From sequence record NC_010811.2: a DNA stretch of 64,000 bases. One strand, 5' to 3'. Below are positions 63,999 to 64,000 of the stretch, in pieces. The notes under the pieces are model-generated. The model made no database searches and was not told where the DNA came from. It saw only the letters and a list, made by a program, of their open reading frames with translations. A program made the position numbers and the translations under genes. Position 1 is the first letter of the stretch, and every line of letters starts with the position of its first letter.

Positions 63999-64000
63999 CG

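Noticed and set aside
1-64000. Prophage or bacterial chromosome origin, introns, inteins, mobile elements
   Set aside because: No integrase, transposase, homing endonuclease or intein motifs were recognised; terminase, polymerase and UvsX appear uninterrupted, and gene content is entirely lytic-phage-like

Overview
This window is a 64-kb piece of a large, GC-rich, contractile-tailed (myovirus-like) jumbo phage genome. No integrase, CRISPR array, rRNA or host core genes were seen. From start to end it contains: (1) a + strand block of tail-fibre and depolymerase genes (1-7.9 kb), including a PelA/GH114-like glycoside hydrolase and a beta-helix tailspike, ending at a bidirectional terminator; everything after that is on the - strand. 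(2) A fibre, baseplate and tail operon (7.9-23.6 kb). (3) Portal, MmcB-like nuclease, RuvC-like resolvase and large terminase (24.7-30.9 kb). (4) UvsX/RecA, an ssDNA-binding protein with a very long acidic/basic tail, and a phage sigma factor (32-37 kb). (5) A tightly coupled 9.7-kb operon (37.8-47.5 kb) with a dUMP hydroxymethylase, a 5-hmdU DNA kinase-family protein, three TET-associated-type glycosyltransferases, a sugar-nucleotide module, a PAPS-dependent sulfotransferase and an APS-kinase-like enzyme. This is the top finding: a candidate thymidine hypermodification pathway that could yield a glycosylated and sulfated base. (6) Accessory ORFs, spanins, primase and a family A DNA polymerase with a UDG-like N-terminus. 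(7) Two more glycosyltransferases and a small-RNA cluster with tRNA-Pro(UGG), tRNA-Gly(UCC) and two non-canonical tRNA-like RNAs. A recurrent CAGTAAATA motif upstream of several operons is a candidate promoter for the phage sigma factor. All family assignments come from motifs recognised by eye; no searches were run.
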